Positions 11,363-22,881 of a stretch of DNA of 64,000 bases are shown here, piece after piece; the stretch's first letter is position 1; each line of letters opens with the position of its first letter. The notes below the pieces were generated by a model. That model made no database searches. It was not told where the DNA came from and saw only the letters and a list, made by a program, of their open reading frames with translations. The translations under genes and the position numbers were made by a program. The DNA is from Neophaeotheca triangularis (lineage: Eukaryota), in assembly GCA_054600435.1 (NCBI GenBank), contig BAAIJX010000062.1, positions 1 through 64,000 of the forward strand, read 5' to 3'.

Positions 11363-12106
11363 GGGTGCCGAGGGTTTTGGCTGGTGGGAATGATCGGTGG
11401 TTTCTTGTAGTCGGTACGGCGTAAAAGGCTAGAGGTTGGAGCAGATGTGGGCCTCGGGTAACGGTTATGATGGGTTGGTGTTGACGATAGCGAAAGCGGC
11501 GGAATTGAAGGCGACTAGTGAGTCGAGCCGATGTAGACGTGGACGTGGTGGCGGTATCAATATGTGCCAGCGCGAGAGGCGAGGTTATTTAACGAAAGTA
11601 ATGATGCAGAGGCTTTGCCGTGTTGCGCTGGTTGCGAGATGATCGTGAGGAAGGGATTTTGGCTGCGGCTGAAAGTAGGTATGTACCCAGGTAGCCATAG
11701 CTGAGGTCTCGCTTGGGGTTGCTGTTGCCGCGTTACGGTGTAATGTGGCTCGCTAGATGAAGCAGGGTAGGTGCTTCTTGGAGGTGATGCCGAAAAGGGA
11801 GGTACGATCAGTTCACTGAGCGGGATGGCCGTCTCAGCTTCAATGTGAGATGATACTTCACGCTCAAGTACGGGCCAAAGGTAGAATACGACACAACGGT
11901 TGTCAAAAATCGTTGGTGTACAGAGTATAGCGGACAGTATTTTTGTAGAGTCTAGCTTCACATACAAATCCCAACGCCTTCTACTAAACGAGTCACGAAA
12001 CCTTCGCGATATCTCAGGAAGGGCATCGCAGAAACCGGCGATAAGCCCCCCAACTGCCAAAAGCAACGCTTCTCCTCAAACCCACTTCCTCAACCTCTTC
12101 CACACA

Positions 12107-12649
12107 CTACCTCCACCAGTGACCACGATGATCGTCATCAAGCGCCCACTCCCCATCGGGCCCCTGAAAACAAAACTTCCCTTTCCCCTCCTCTCGACAC
12201 CTCTGCTCTTCCTTCTGATCGTGAACGTAGTACGCATACATGAGCCCCGCGAAAGCAGCCGCGCACAAGACCAAGATGACGAAAGAGACGCTGCAGCCGA
12301 GGCGGGCTTTGCTGGGGGCGCGAGGGGTGGGAGCTGGGGCTGGCGTGGGGAGGGTGCGGGAAGCTGCTGCTATCGTTATTCCGGGGCTGGTGGTTGCCGG
12401 GGGAGGTTGCGTGTGCGTGGGTACTGGGTAGGCTGGGGGTGGGGTTTCCGGGTCGTTGTTGGTTTGGATGCCGGTGACGATGGAAGGCCTGGCGCGGCCG
12501 AGGGTGGATTGCAGGATTGAGAGGTTGATGTCGCGGCTTAAGTGGCCTGAGAAAGTTTCGGGTTCGGGAGTCGCTGTGTACGCTGGTGGTGGCGGGTTGT
12601 GAGGGAACCCGCGGCCCTGGAAGAGGTTGGAGGGAGATGACTTGTCCAT
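12107..12649 (-). CDS. hypothetical single-pass membrane protein with two PPxY motifs, about 180 aa
   Basis: Starts MDKSSPSN; PPPPAY and PPPAY lie in a Pro/Thr-rich N-terminal part, followed by TM CSVSFVILVLCAAAFAGLMYAYYV and a short Cys-containing tail. The start codon is uncertain (upstream in-frame ATGs at 12763 and 12814). Confidence 0.65.
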   Translation of the reverse strand: MDKSSPSNLFQGRGFPHNPPPPAYTATPEPETFSGHLSRDINLSILQSTLGRARPSIVTGIQTNNDPETPPPAYPVPTHTQPPPATTSPGITIAAASRTLPTPAPAPTPRAPSKARLGCSVSFVILVLCAAAFAGLMYAYYVHDQKEEQRCREEGKGKFCFQGPDGEWALDDDHRGHWWR

Positions 12650-13898
12650 TTTCGTGAAATAGTGGCTGTGAGCCGATCGGGTCCGAATTGAAACGCTGTA
12701 GAACTCTGAGATTGATTTCTGACCTAGGGACTTCTGTATTTGAGTCTGTGTGATGAAAGACATATCGCTCGGTAGCGGCGATGTAGGAGTATTGATATAC
12801 AGACAAGAGGACATTTGAGATCTGGAGAGGACGTTCCACTTCTTTGGACGACAAGATGATTAGCAGCCCGTGACCGACCTACCGGATGCAGTCGAGAGCA
12901 TAGTTCAGCTATAGAATGGCCATATACAGTCGGTCTTCTTTTCCTAGGAGGTTGGACCTGGCAAGACAACACCCTCGGCATCAGTTCTATCTGCTGCGAA
13001 TCCCATACTTATGCTGTTGGACGGTCGTTCGGTCAGCAGTTTGACACGCAGCGCAAGGAATGATGGCAGCAGCCGAGGACATGTAACTCTGAGAAGGCTC
13101 TGTCTCTGAAGTAAATGTAGCACTGCCTTTGGATGGTGAGGTCGCTTTGGTACGGTACAGTAGGCAGCATGTCTCGATCTCGCTCGCTGCAGTCTGTCGT
13201 CAAGCTCTTACAGTATCTGTGCTCGCGGACATGCAATGGTTTTGGTCAGCACCATCGCATCGAGCAGGCCTAGCAGGCCCTTGTTGGTGTGAGACGTCTA
13301 CCTCTCGTACGATTATTATTCAATGCTGAGCTGAGTTTGTCGTCTTCTCCACCGGATGGCTACCCGCCTGACGGTATTAATCAAGTCCGACAGACGGACT
13401 ACCTCCTAGCAACCTTAAGACATGCATGCATTGGTCCATTGGTACTTAAGTGTATAGCTTCCATTCATTATTGTACAGAAGGTAACGAGTAACGACGCAC
13501 TTGACGGAGGCAGCCTTGGAATAAGAAGCATCGGCAGAAGTTGCTTCCGAGCCCCGATCCCCGATACCCGGAGCAACAGCCACGCGAGCGAACCTTGTCA
13601 CGTGCCCTGCACTTCGTTCCCGTCTGCACCGCCACATCTGGCGTGATTCTCGACGGGACCTGCCTGCCTGCCCAGGTGGACTCACCGCGTCTGTGACCTC
13701 CAGCTGTCGCCCCTCAATCTCTATCAATCAGGACTTCATCATACCTTACCTCGAACAACAACAGCAACAGCAACAGCAAAACAACGAGTTTTCTGCTGTC
13801 GCACCACATGATGCGCGTCTAAAACATCCGTTGCCGCTACCTTTGTCGACGGTCAGAAACTTTGCTCGCCCCTGGACTACCGAACACAAATATCTGAT

Positions 13899-16800
13899 AT
13901 GGACGCCCCGAACTGGCCAGAGTCATCATTCCCAAATGGAGACGTCCCTTTCGACTCAGCCTTCAATATTGGTCAAAGCAACGAAGAATGGGAAGACTGG
14001 CTAAGGTGGGACCCTGCCCAAGACGCTACATCGCCTGAGAATGCCACCTCAAACTCAAGCCATTCGCAAAACGATTCTCCCCTTCAAGATCATGCCTTTC
14101 CACTTGGTCACGATCTATCTGGCAAACCGGGATGCAATGACACGCTGGCACCGCCCATGATTGCAGGCGAGGATGCCTTAGATCTCGGACTAGATGATCT
14201 AGCCGGTAACGATGCGTTTATCTTCTCTGGTCAGCCCGAGGATTCTGCTGGCTCCGCCGGCTTTGACTTTGCACTGAACTCCCAATCAAGTCTTCAGCAG
14301 CCTTCGCAGCAGTACGAAGTATCCGGGGGAGGCTTCAATGATGCTCCTTGGCCTGTGCCTTCAAATACGGACCTAGATGTACAGGACTACAGCATTCCAG
14401 CCTTGACTGAAGAACAGATGTCCGCCCTGTCAAACGTTGCACTATCTACGACAACAGTGCCTAGCTCGTATCAAAGTCCGGACTCTCAGACAAATAAGCG
14501 CACCAGCTCGTCTTCAAACACATCACCAGCCGCTGCCGCTCCTCCCGCACCGAAGAAGCGCGGAGGTAGGAAGCGAAAAGCTGAGGTAGAGCAACCTAGT
14601 CCTGAGAATGGTGGATCACAGGACGGGGACGAACCACCAGTCAAGAAGACCTCTCATAATGTCATCGAGAAGCGGTACCGCAACAATCTCAATGACAAAA
14701 TTGTAGAGCTGCGGAACAGCGTCCCGAGTCTACGTGCCATGGGTCGGTCTAATGGTGGTGGCGATGAGGACCTGGAGGGCTTGACTCCGGCGCATAAACT
14801 CAACAAGGCAACTGTCATGGGTAAGGCCACGGAGTATATCAAGCATCTGGAGAAGAGGAACAAGTCAATGCAGGAGGAGATGGATGCGATGAAGGCCCGT
14901 CTTAATGCAGTCGAGGCTGCTATTGGAAAGACCAGGAGTGACAGTTCGACCAACAGCTCGCCGAACACTAACCCCAGACAACGACAGCAATCTTCCGCTT
15001 CCCAGCAGCCTGGACAGCAAACTTATTTCAACCCTGCAACCGGCAATTCTGCTGCCCAACAACAATACATTCAACAACAACAACAACCCGCTTATGCTCG
15101 GCCCCCTAACCCGCCAGTCGAGGCCCAAAATCAACCGCAGTTTGCCGACGGCAGAGGAGGTCTCCTGAACAAAGTCATGCTTGGCGGTATGGCCGGACTC
15201 ATGGCTATGGAAGGCTACCACGAGCATCAACAAGCGGGAGGAGATACCTCAGCACGTGGTCTTCTTGCAGCACCTGTCCACCTCTTCAGACGAGGCGTAA
15301 TAGAGTCACCGTCATCGCCAGCCGCTTTCTCTCAACAAGCACTTATGCCGTTGCTTAAGATGGCACTTATTGTTGGAGCCCTGATTTACTTGTTAGCCCC
15401 ATTGCTCACGTTTTCTCCGCGGCGGAAAGCGAGACCTAACCAGCAGCGGCAATCAGTCCGCCTCGCTCACGTCCCTTCTCTGGCATCCCCGGTCGAGGTC
15501 CGCCGCAAAGCCTGGCTGACCGCTGTGCAGTCCGTCTGGGTGCCCAAGAACTTTTTGCTCGAGGTAGCAGCGGTGACATTCAAAATCACCAAATTGTCCC
15601 TTCGTCGCTTGATTGGCTCCGAAACCTTCACCATCCTCGCTGGAACCACTCCTGATGACGAAGCAGCCCGTATCAAGGCCTGGGACATTGCAATTGACGC
15701 GCAGCTTGCTGGAGGAGACGCCGAAGTGTCTTACTACCGCCTTCTTCTCACGCTCATGGCAAGCGGCACTCTCCCAGACAGTCCTACTCGCCTCATGCAA
15801 AAAGCTGTGCACTTCCGCGTCTTCTTCTGGGAAGTTGCCAATGCTGGCTACGGCAATCTCGTCATGTTCAAGCAATTCACCGAGCACGTGGGCAAAATTT
15901 ACTGGGACAGCGCTAGGAAGCTCCAGAAAGAGCTCGAACACGCAAAAGTTCAAGGCCGACTACATTCCGACGGGCTTGGCGACGAGGATGAAACCGAACT
16001 GCTTCCTGACCACCTCGCTCGCTTGGTCGAACTTGATTGCGACACGGTGCTAACAGACGAGATGATCCAGCGGGCATGGAATCTAGCGTGGAACAAAGCT
16101 TCAAACTACGCTTTGGCTACACCTCTCAACGCGGCTCGCGACAGCGTCGTCGAAGATCATGCCATTCGCAGCCCTCTTGATGCCGTAGCTGCTTGGTTTG
16201 CCCACGCCACGGTGGACGACACCCTCCTCGACAGTCTCAGCCAGAATTCCAACCGTGCCAGTGCCCACCGCAGAAGTCACTCGCTAGGCTCAAGCTGGGA
16301 CACGCAATACAACCTCACCCTCGCCGTCTCAGTAGCACCACCGGCTTCCGGCGCTCTGGCTCGCGCTCTAACAGCCAAAGCACTACTAGGCCCATCACAA
16401 AACCGTGGCAACAATATCATAGCCGCTCTCGAAGCCCTACCACCTCCATCCACTCCCTCCTCAACAAACACAAGCCCCGCAGCTACAGCCTCCACTCCAG
16501 CATCAATGCTCACCTCTCCCCAGGCCCCGGCGAGCCCAGACCTGCGCACTGCCCTCAGCATAGCCAAGATCCAACTCCTTCTCGCTACGTCCCAAACCCC
16601 AACCCCAACTCCCTCTCAACCCCTCACCTCCGCCCTCACGCATCTCAACCACCTAACCACCCATCTTCTCCACCCCACTCACCTGACCGTCCTCACTGCC
16701 ATCGGCGTCTGGAACCTCCTAACAACACTACAAACCGTTTCCTCTTCCACCACTACCACTTCCCAGCAAGAGCTATTCGCAAGTTCTACGGAACTTCTAG

Positions 16801-17075
16801 CCAGTAATCTACGTATCTGGGCGGGCACGACGGCGGGTAAGCGGGCGGGGCTGATGGGTTGGCAGAGGGGGAGGGTTGTCGAGGGGTGTTTGCGCGTTGT
16901 TCGGGGAGTAGGGGGATGGAAGGCCGGGGTTGGAGAGGCGGAGGGCGAGGCGGAGGTAGATAGTGGGTATGGGAGTGGGAGTCGGGCGGGGAGCCGGGGT
17001 AGTGGTGGGAGTAGGATTAGTGGGAAGGATGGGAATAGGGGACGTGGTTTGGAGGGGTTTGGAGTCGTGGGGTAG
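13899..17075 (+). CDS. srbA: sterol regulatory element-binding protein (SREBP; SrbA/Sre1-like bHLH transcription factor), 1058 aa
   Basis: bHLH KKTSHNVIEKRYRNNLNDKIVELR...KLNKATVMGKATEYIKHLE with the SREBP-diagnostic Tyr (KRY), two hydrophobic segments, and a C-terminal region (RRKAWLTA, AWDIAIDAQLAGGD, RSPLDAVAAW) resembling DUF2014. Confidence 0.9.
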   Translation: MDAPNWPESSFPNGDVPFDSAFNIGQSNEEWEDWLRWDPAQDATSPENATSNSSHSQNDSPLQDHAFPLGHDLSGKPGCNDTLAPPMIAGEDALDLGLDDLAGNDAFIFSGQPEDSAGSAGFDFALNSQSSLQQPSQQYEVSGGGFNDAPWPVPSNTDLDVQDYSIPALTEEQMSALSNVALSTTTVPSSYQSPDSQTNKRTSSSSNTSPAAAAPPAPKKRGGRKRKAEVEQPSPENGGSQDGDEPPVKKTSHNVIEKRYRNNLNDKIVELRNSVPSLRAMGRSNGGGDEDLEGLTPAHKLNKATVMGKATEYIKHLEKRNKSMQEEMDAMKARLNAVEAAIGKTRSDSSTNSSPNTNPRQRQQSSASQQPGQQTYFNPATGNSAAQQQYIQQQQQPAYARPPNPPVEAQNQPQFADGRGGLLNKVMLGGMAGLMAMEGYHEHQQAGGDTSARGLLAAPVHLFRRGVIESPSSPAAFSQQALMPLLKMALIVGALIYLLAPLLTFSPRRKARPNQQRQSVRLAHVPSLASPVEVRRKAWLTAVQSVWVPKNFLLEVAAVTFKITKLSLRRLIGSETFTILAGTTPDDEAARIKAWDIAIDAQLAGGDAEVSYYRLLLTLMASGTLPDSPTRLMQKAVHFRVFFWEVANAGYGNLVMFKQFTEHVGKIYWDSARKLQKELEHAKVQGRLHSDGLGDEDETELLPDHLARLVELDCDTVLTDEMIQRAWNLAWNKASNYALATPLNAARDSVVEDHAIRSPLDAVAAWFAHATVDDTLLDSLSQNSNRASAHRRSHSLGSSWDTQYNLTLAVSVAPPASGALARALTAKALLGPSQNRGNNIIAALEALPPPSTPSSTNTSPAATASTPASMLTSPQAPASPDLRTALSIAKIQLLLATSQTPTPTPSQPLTSALTHLNHLTTHLLHPTHLTVLTAIGVWNLLTTLQTVSSSTTTTSQQELFASSTELLASNLRIWAGTTAGKRAGLMGWQRGRVVEGCLRVVRGVGGWKAGVGEAEGEAEVDSGYGSGSRAGSRGSGGSRISGKDGNRGRGLEGFGVVG

Positions 17076-20000
17076 CGGTTCCAGCTGTGACATGGACTCG
17101 TCTGGACGGATTACGGGATATGAGAGATGGGTCACGGAGTAGGAAAGGTGATCCAACGCAGGTTCTAGCCGACCGAGAAGGAGTGATGCGTTTGGCAACC
17201 TCCAAGGTGCAAACGAAGGGTTATATGGTTTTCAAACTTGATAGAGGCACGAATGTAGGAACTATTCCCCTGGCCGCTTGCGGTCCTGGACAAGCCATCA
17301 AAGATGTACTGAACGCTCAGAGCAACTTATGCTCAGAGAGCGGCGAACAGCCCAATCCAGACCCAAAACATGACAGACCGTGCAAGGTCGCAGAAAGAGG
17401 CCTTGGCTCGCGTAATACTCAGAACGATAGCGAGCGCCAGCGTAGGTACCGATGCTAAGTTACTAAAAAGTCGTCGCTGCAACTTCTTAAGACTATACTT
17501 CTGCTCTACAGGATAGTAACAAGCCTACTGCGAATCCGCGCCGACGAAGAAATAATACATTGGCCGGAGCGCGGAAAGAGCAATCAACGACGATGTCCTT
17601 CGAACTCGTTCGAGACGACCTGCGATGCTCTGCCCCAGCTGTTGGCGGTCCATTGCTAGAAATGACGAATTCACAATTGTCGAGGACAACGTGCAACCCT
17701 CCCAAACCCAGAGGTCAAGACACAAGACATACCTTCACTGATCCTAACGATAGCTTCGATAAACTTATTCACGAGGGGTTATGATTCCGGCGACTGACGT
17801 AGCCACATCTTCGAAGAGTTCGTGAAAGGGGGTGAACTGCGCGAGAAGGCTTTGTTCGCCCCTGCCAGATACTATGAGGAGCGCAGAGATCCCAAAGCTG
17901 ACCCATCTGGCACGCCGACAGTGGGGCAAACACGGCGACCTCCAGCCGGTCTACCACGACACGATAGAATTCGGCCCAGGCCAAGGGCCGACGGCGAGCC
18001 TCGAAATGGGAAGCGTCCACGCCCCCGTTTGTGGCCAGCGGATACCTTCAGACAAGGCTCTGATGTTTGGCCGCGGTCGTCAGGCGGGACGGCCGGCAGC
18101 GCGTATTCTTCCTCTTCCAGACGGCAATTCAACGCAGAGCGAGAGCACGAGGACTGTTTTCATTCAGAGGAGTGGCCGCATGGCGATACTGAAGGGTGGT
18201 CTGCGACGACAGCTGAAAGGCGACAGCGGAGAGCAGGTTATACCAGGGAGGCTCCATGGCAAGCACTTCAATCATGGCTGAAGCATTTTTGAGGACCAGT
18301 ACAACACCGAGCAGGAAGGCTTGCGGGCCAGGCACGGAGATCCTTGCCTATCTTCGGGGAGCGAATAAGGAGGGGCAAAGTAGACTTGAGGCCGCGACCA
18401 GACAGGAAGGGAAGAATGCAACGACCGAGAACGACGCCTTTGAAGCGCACCGACAGTTCCTCTGGTTACAGGCTATTACCAGCTTTCCAAAAGCTGAATC
18501 CTAGTTGTGATCAGCCAAGCGTCCGTCATGTTCCGCATCACCGATCTGAGATGGATTCCAGACAAGAAGGGGGCAATCGCCATATCTCACACGTGCAGAA
18601 TGGCCGCCGATTCACCAGACGTGAAAAGCCATTCTATAATTCTAGGTCTGGTAGTCTGTAGCCGAGGTGACTGCTCCTGTTCACTGCAAGCGAACATTAC
18701 GTACGCGTCTGCAAGAGGTGTGATGAATTCATCGTCGAATAACGGAGGCTGCCAGATTACCCAATAGCCTGGCGAGACCACAACGGGAGATACCACAAAG
18801 CAATGCCTGGCGATCACTAAATTGCTGCCGCTCCAATTGCATTTCACCAAAAAGGGCAATGTTCGATTATGGGGCGATTCGAATGTTCCTCTTGCCTACC
18901 AAGGGTCGACGCGCCGGAAATGATCTTCTTGTGGCGTGCCCTCGTGTTTTACGGTCGAACATGGTGGACGCGATGGAAGAGCAAATGGTATGAGAGGGCC
19001 GTGACCAAGTCACAGCCGTTCGCTGGAAGAAGGAACCTAGGCAGAGGCGGCTTATTGTGCTTTTGGACACAAGTGTCGAGTAAGACCGTAGAGCATGCAC
19101 AAAACCGCTCAGGTGAGACACAGTATCAGTCTCTAGGCCGATCAAACACAATAGGTGAGGCTGCGAGTGTAAGATGAGCAGAATGACCGCGTTGATCTGC
19201 GCCGTCAACACGAAGCCTGGGAGAGCTGCAGTGGTAGGTAGTATATCCTTGACTCAATCCGAGTTTATCAGGTCTAGAATAAAAGTGTTGCCGTAGCAGA
19301 GCGGCCTACCATTAGCTCAATTCCTTGAAAGGGGGTCTCCTTCTTGATAGCGCCTTCTATTGTCCGTACATAGAGTCGGGATCCAGATACCGACCTCTTC
19401 TTGAAAGTTTTAGAAGGTGGCAGGATGCTGAGTGCTATGGAGTGAGGAGGTATGAAACGGAGCCGGGCTCAGCAAACTTAGTGGGGGGCGGGAAGAAGAC
19501 GTGTCCCAGCCGGAATGTAAGTCGTATGAGCGACGAGATGGAGTGTTTGCTTGATGGGTGGCTTGTCCCTCGTTCTTGAGATTCTCTTTGTACTGTTGTG
19601 GCTGGAAGCGGGTGATTGATCAAGAGGTTGGCAATGACTAGACAGAGCCGCGGATATCTCGGTGAAAAGGGAGAGCGCCTCCTTTTGTCGAGTGACCAAC
19701 CCTCGCCAGCGTGAGGGTGCGTGCGTGTGGAAGACGTGCCACGCATCAATAAGGTTGTGAGCATTTGATTTGTAGTTGCTCGAATCAGATGGGATTTGCA
19801 TTCGCAAAGATATGGGATGGGATGCACGCTGGCTGGCTCTCATGCGATGAGGACCTACCTAGTCTTATGTGGCGATTCGCGACGGCTAGTGCCCATTGGC
19901 TTTGTTATTCGACTTACTGATATTTTCCTGGCACAACTCATCATGCGGCCAGAGCCTCATGTGAGAGAAAAGTGTAAGCGTAGAACGTTCGATCCGAAAT

Positions 20001-20099
20001 TGTGGTCGTGCTCTCGTAACTTTCACCCAGACAAAATTATCCAACTGCATCACGATTTGCTCAATTCAGAAAAAACCGAGTTCGCTATGCAACCTGTTG

Positions 20100-21464
20100 C
20101 TACTCTTCGCCATTCCTTTCGGCGCCGGCCCTCGTGTCGAAAATGGGGGGCTGGCTTACCGTGGGAGCGGCGGTGAAGCTGTCGCCTTCCTCTTGCTCTT
20201 CCTGTCTCATCCTTTCATCGTCTTCATGTTTAAGCCGGTTCCAAACGTCTTTCGACTTATAATTCTCCGGACCGTCCCACTCAAGGCCTTGCTGGTTGTC
20301 GTAGTAGGGGTGTTCCAGAGGTGCAGGTTTCAAGCCCAATGTAAAGCCTTTGGCCTTTTCCAAGACTTTAAGTGCCCAGTTTTGCCAAACATCCGTCGCT
20401 GGGGGAAACTCCTCTGTTCGAATCCATTTGATGTTTTTGGTAACAAGTATGACTTTCCAGAGTGCCTCTGTCATGTTGTCGTTATACGGACCTCCTTTGA
20501 TGCCCATCTCCTTCACCTCGAAGCGTGAGAGGTCCCAGTGCATGTCCTTGGGTAACGCCGCGGCGACCCAATGGGCGGCATTCAGGATGATGTACGCTCC
20601 TCCCCAGGCTAGTTGCAAAGGCAGAGTAGCGTTGCCCAGCGTGACCACACCCAACATGAGCATCAAGGTGCCGACCAGGGAGATGAGGCGGTACTGTGTC
20701 TCGTCCTCTATCTTGTAGCGTACCTCCTCAGGGGCAAAGTAAAGCTCGCGGGCAATGTCCTCGTCGCAGCGGACGACCAGATAGGCGCCGTTGGGGTATC
20801 TTATGACAACGTTCTGTTCGCTTTTTGCTCCGTCCGGCGGTGAGCTGGGCAGCTTTAAATCCCACTTGTTGCCGATTCCAATTAGAGTGGAGAGGCCCGA
20901 AAGAAGTACGACGGAGTAAAGAGACATGCCGTCGCCGGCCACAAGCGAGAGGACTAGGAGCGTGACCGACAGCATGAACCCGATTATCGTCACAACAGAT
21001 AGGGGACCTGTCGCTCGTGCTTGCACGTTGTGGCAATTTTCGGCTTTGCTGACTTCAACGCAGCGGACAGAGAATTTTGGCTGGTTTCTATCCCTACAAG
21101 ATGAACAATTTAGCCACGTAAATGGAAACTCAATCGGAGCATCAAGGCGAGCTTACAGCAAAACGTGTGCCACATGGTGTATATAGTTTTTGCGATTGCC
21201 AGACTTTACACCAATTACCCGCGCGGGTGTTGTGTCCAGACTGAGAGGTCTCGTTGGTCGCATCAGCGCCTGGGGTGCTGGCAAAAGCCTAGGAAGGAAG
21301 AACAGCGGGGAGAGAGCGGATACTTGAGCGATAGAAAGCAGAGAACCTTCTCCCAGTATAGCAAGGAAGCCGACCAAATCCAGTTCAAGCTCCTTGAAAT
21401 CGTCGTTGAGCCAGTGCCATTTCCTCGGCCAGTCCCAGTGATTGTCTTCGATATCGGGCGTCAT
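20100..21464 (-). CDS. hypothetical multi-pass membrane protein, 2 exons (21464-21157, 21093-20100), 433 aa
   Basis: Intron 21156-21094 (GTAAGC..TAG) joins ORFs 21153..21713 and 20100..21026 in frame. About four hydrophobic segments; protein-like motifs LDLVGFLAILGE, LPRLLPAPQAL, VIRYPNGAYLVVRC and ARELYFAPE. Confidence 0.8.
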
Positions 21465-22881
21465 ATTTTCCGTTTGCTTGCGATTGAAAGCGTGTGAGAG
21501 ATGTGGGGTGGTGGGCTCTGCTTGCCCATTGCACAAGCGGCAGTATAGAGGGCAGCAGAGACCTGGAACTTTATAGACGTGAGGGTCGTAGGAGACCCTA
21601 CCTACTCCCTTCCTACGATGCGAGCCGTTTTGCCTTGAGAAGGCAGACATGGGGCTGATGAGATGCCTACCTGGATTTCTGGCGGCCTCTTCGCAGACCG
21701 GAGCTATCTGCAATGCAAGAGAAGAAGCTGACGATGATCGCTCAGCCCCGACTAATAATCTAATGCAGGCGCGCCGGTGTAGCTAACCACCAAAGCCATT
21801 ATTGGTGGATGGTGGTTTTACAGCCTCAGCGCTTCGCCAGTCACCAACCCTTGGAAGTGCTCAGCCTGGACGACGCTTTTGTTGTGGTCCTGGGCAGTAC
21901 AGTAAGTAGCAGGACGTTCCAGGTTGGTGACGAGGAGCAAATTGCTGAGGAAAGGCGCAGCAGTAGTAGTAGTGCTGGCTGGCATGCATCGTCGCATTCC
22001 GCCTTGTAACATGCATTGGTTAGTTTGGGGGGGGGAAGGAAGTGGGAGGAGGGGTGTATATGCATCTCGCTTACACCTCTCCCAGCCCAAGTCCAGCCAA
22101 GCCACCCCACCACCTGCAGTTGTGCTAGCCTCCATTCGCTACCGTACTTGCAGGTACATATCTAATACCTAGTAGACCAGACCGTAGGAGCAAGGTCTCT
22201 CTCTCTCCATCACCTGCACGCTCTTCAGAGCACCCGGCTCTACCATTTTCGGCGCTTAATTTCTTCCTTGAGGTGTCAACCACCTACTACACTACACAGT
22301 AAAGTCACCTGTTCCTATCCAGTCGTCATCTCCACCTGCGCACCCAGAGAGCTCAATACTGGACATTCGATAGAGGCGGCCGGATGTTTCGTTCATGGTT
22401 CATGCCACATCCAATGCCATCGACCCAGCCTCAAAAGCACGACATCAGTCTCAAGTGAAGGGGCTGTGCACTTTGCTGCCTGTGATAAAGGAACCCATCA
22501 CCCTCCATACTCCGCCCTCCGGGCTCGGGAGCAGTGAACTACATCTGAGCGGCCCTCGACTGTACTGCCTTGCCACCAGGCTTCGTTATTGTTTTGCCCC
22601 AAGAGCCATCGGCTCAGCCTCAGTCGCGCTGCCACCGACGGCGTCGTCCTTTATAAGATTGTCCGTTTTCGGACTACTTAGGTAAAATCACCTCATTTCG
22701 TAAAAGCCACGTTTCATATTATCGTTGTTAAATGCCACGCATTTCGGGGAGATGTCTGATTTTCTGATCACTGCCATGCAGGAACTTTGCAAAGTACAAG
22801 CGCTAAGGCAATGGTAAAAACCTACTTCCACGGAGAGGTATTGCTCAAAGCGCAACCATTCTCGCTGTTACGTGGGTTGGC

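Noticed and set aside
12014..12109. Readthrough past the TAG of the PPxY protein (CVEEVEEVGLRR...)
   Set aside because: Only 30 open codons, well within chance.
17525..19300. Overlapping ORFs of 60-156 aa downstream of SREBP
   Set aside because: No recognisable motif or codon bias, and I could not build a consistent spliced model.
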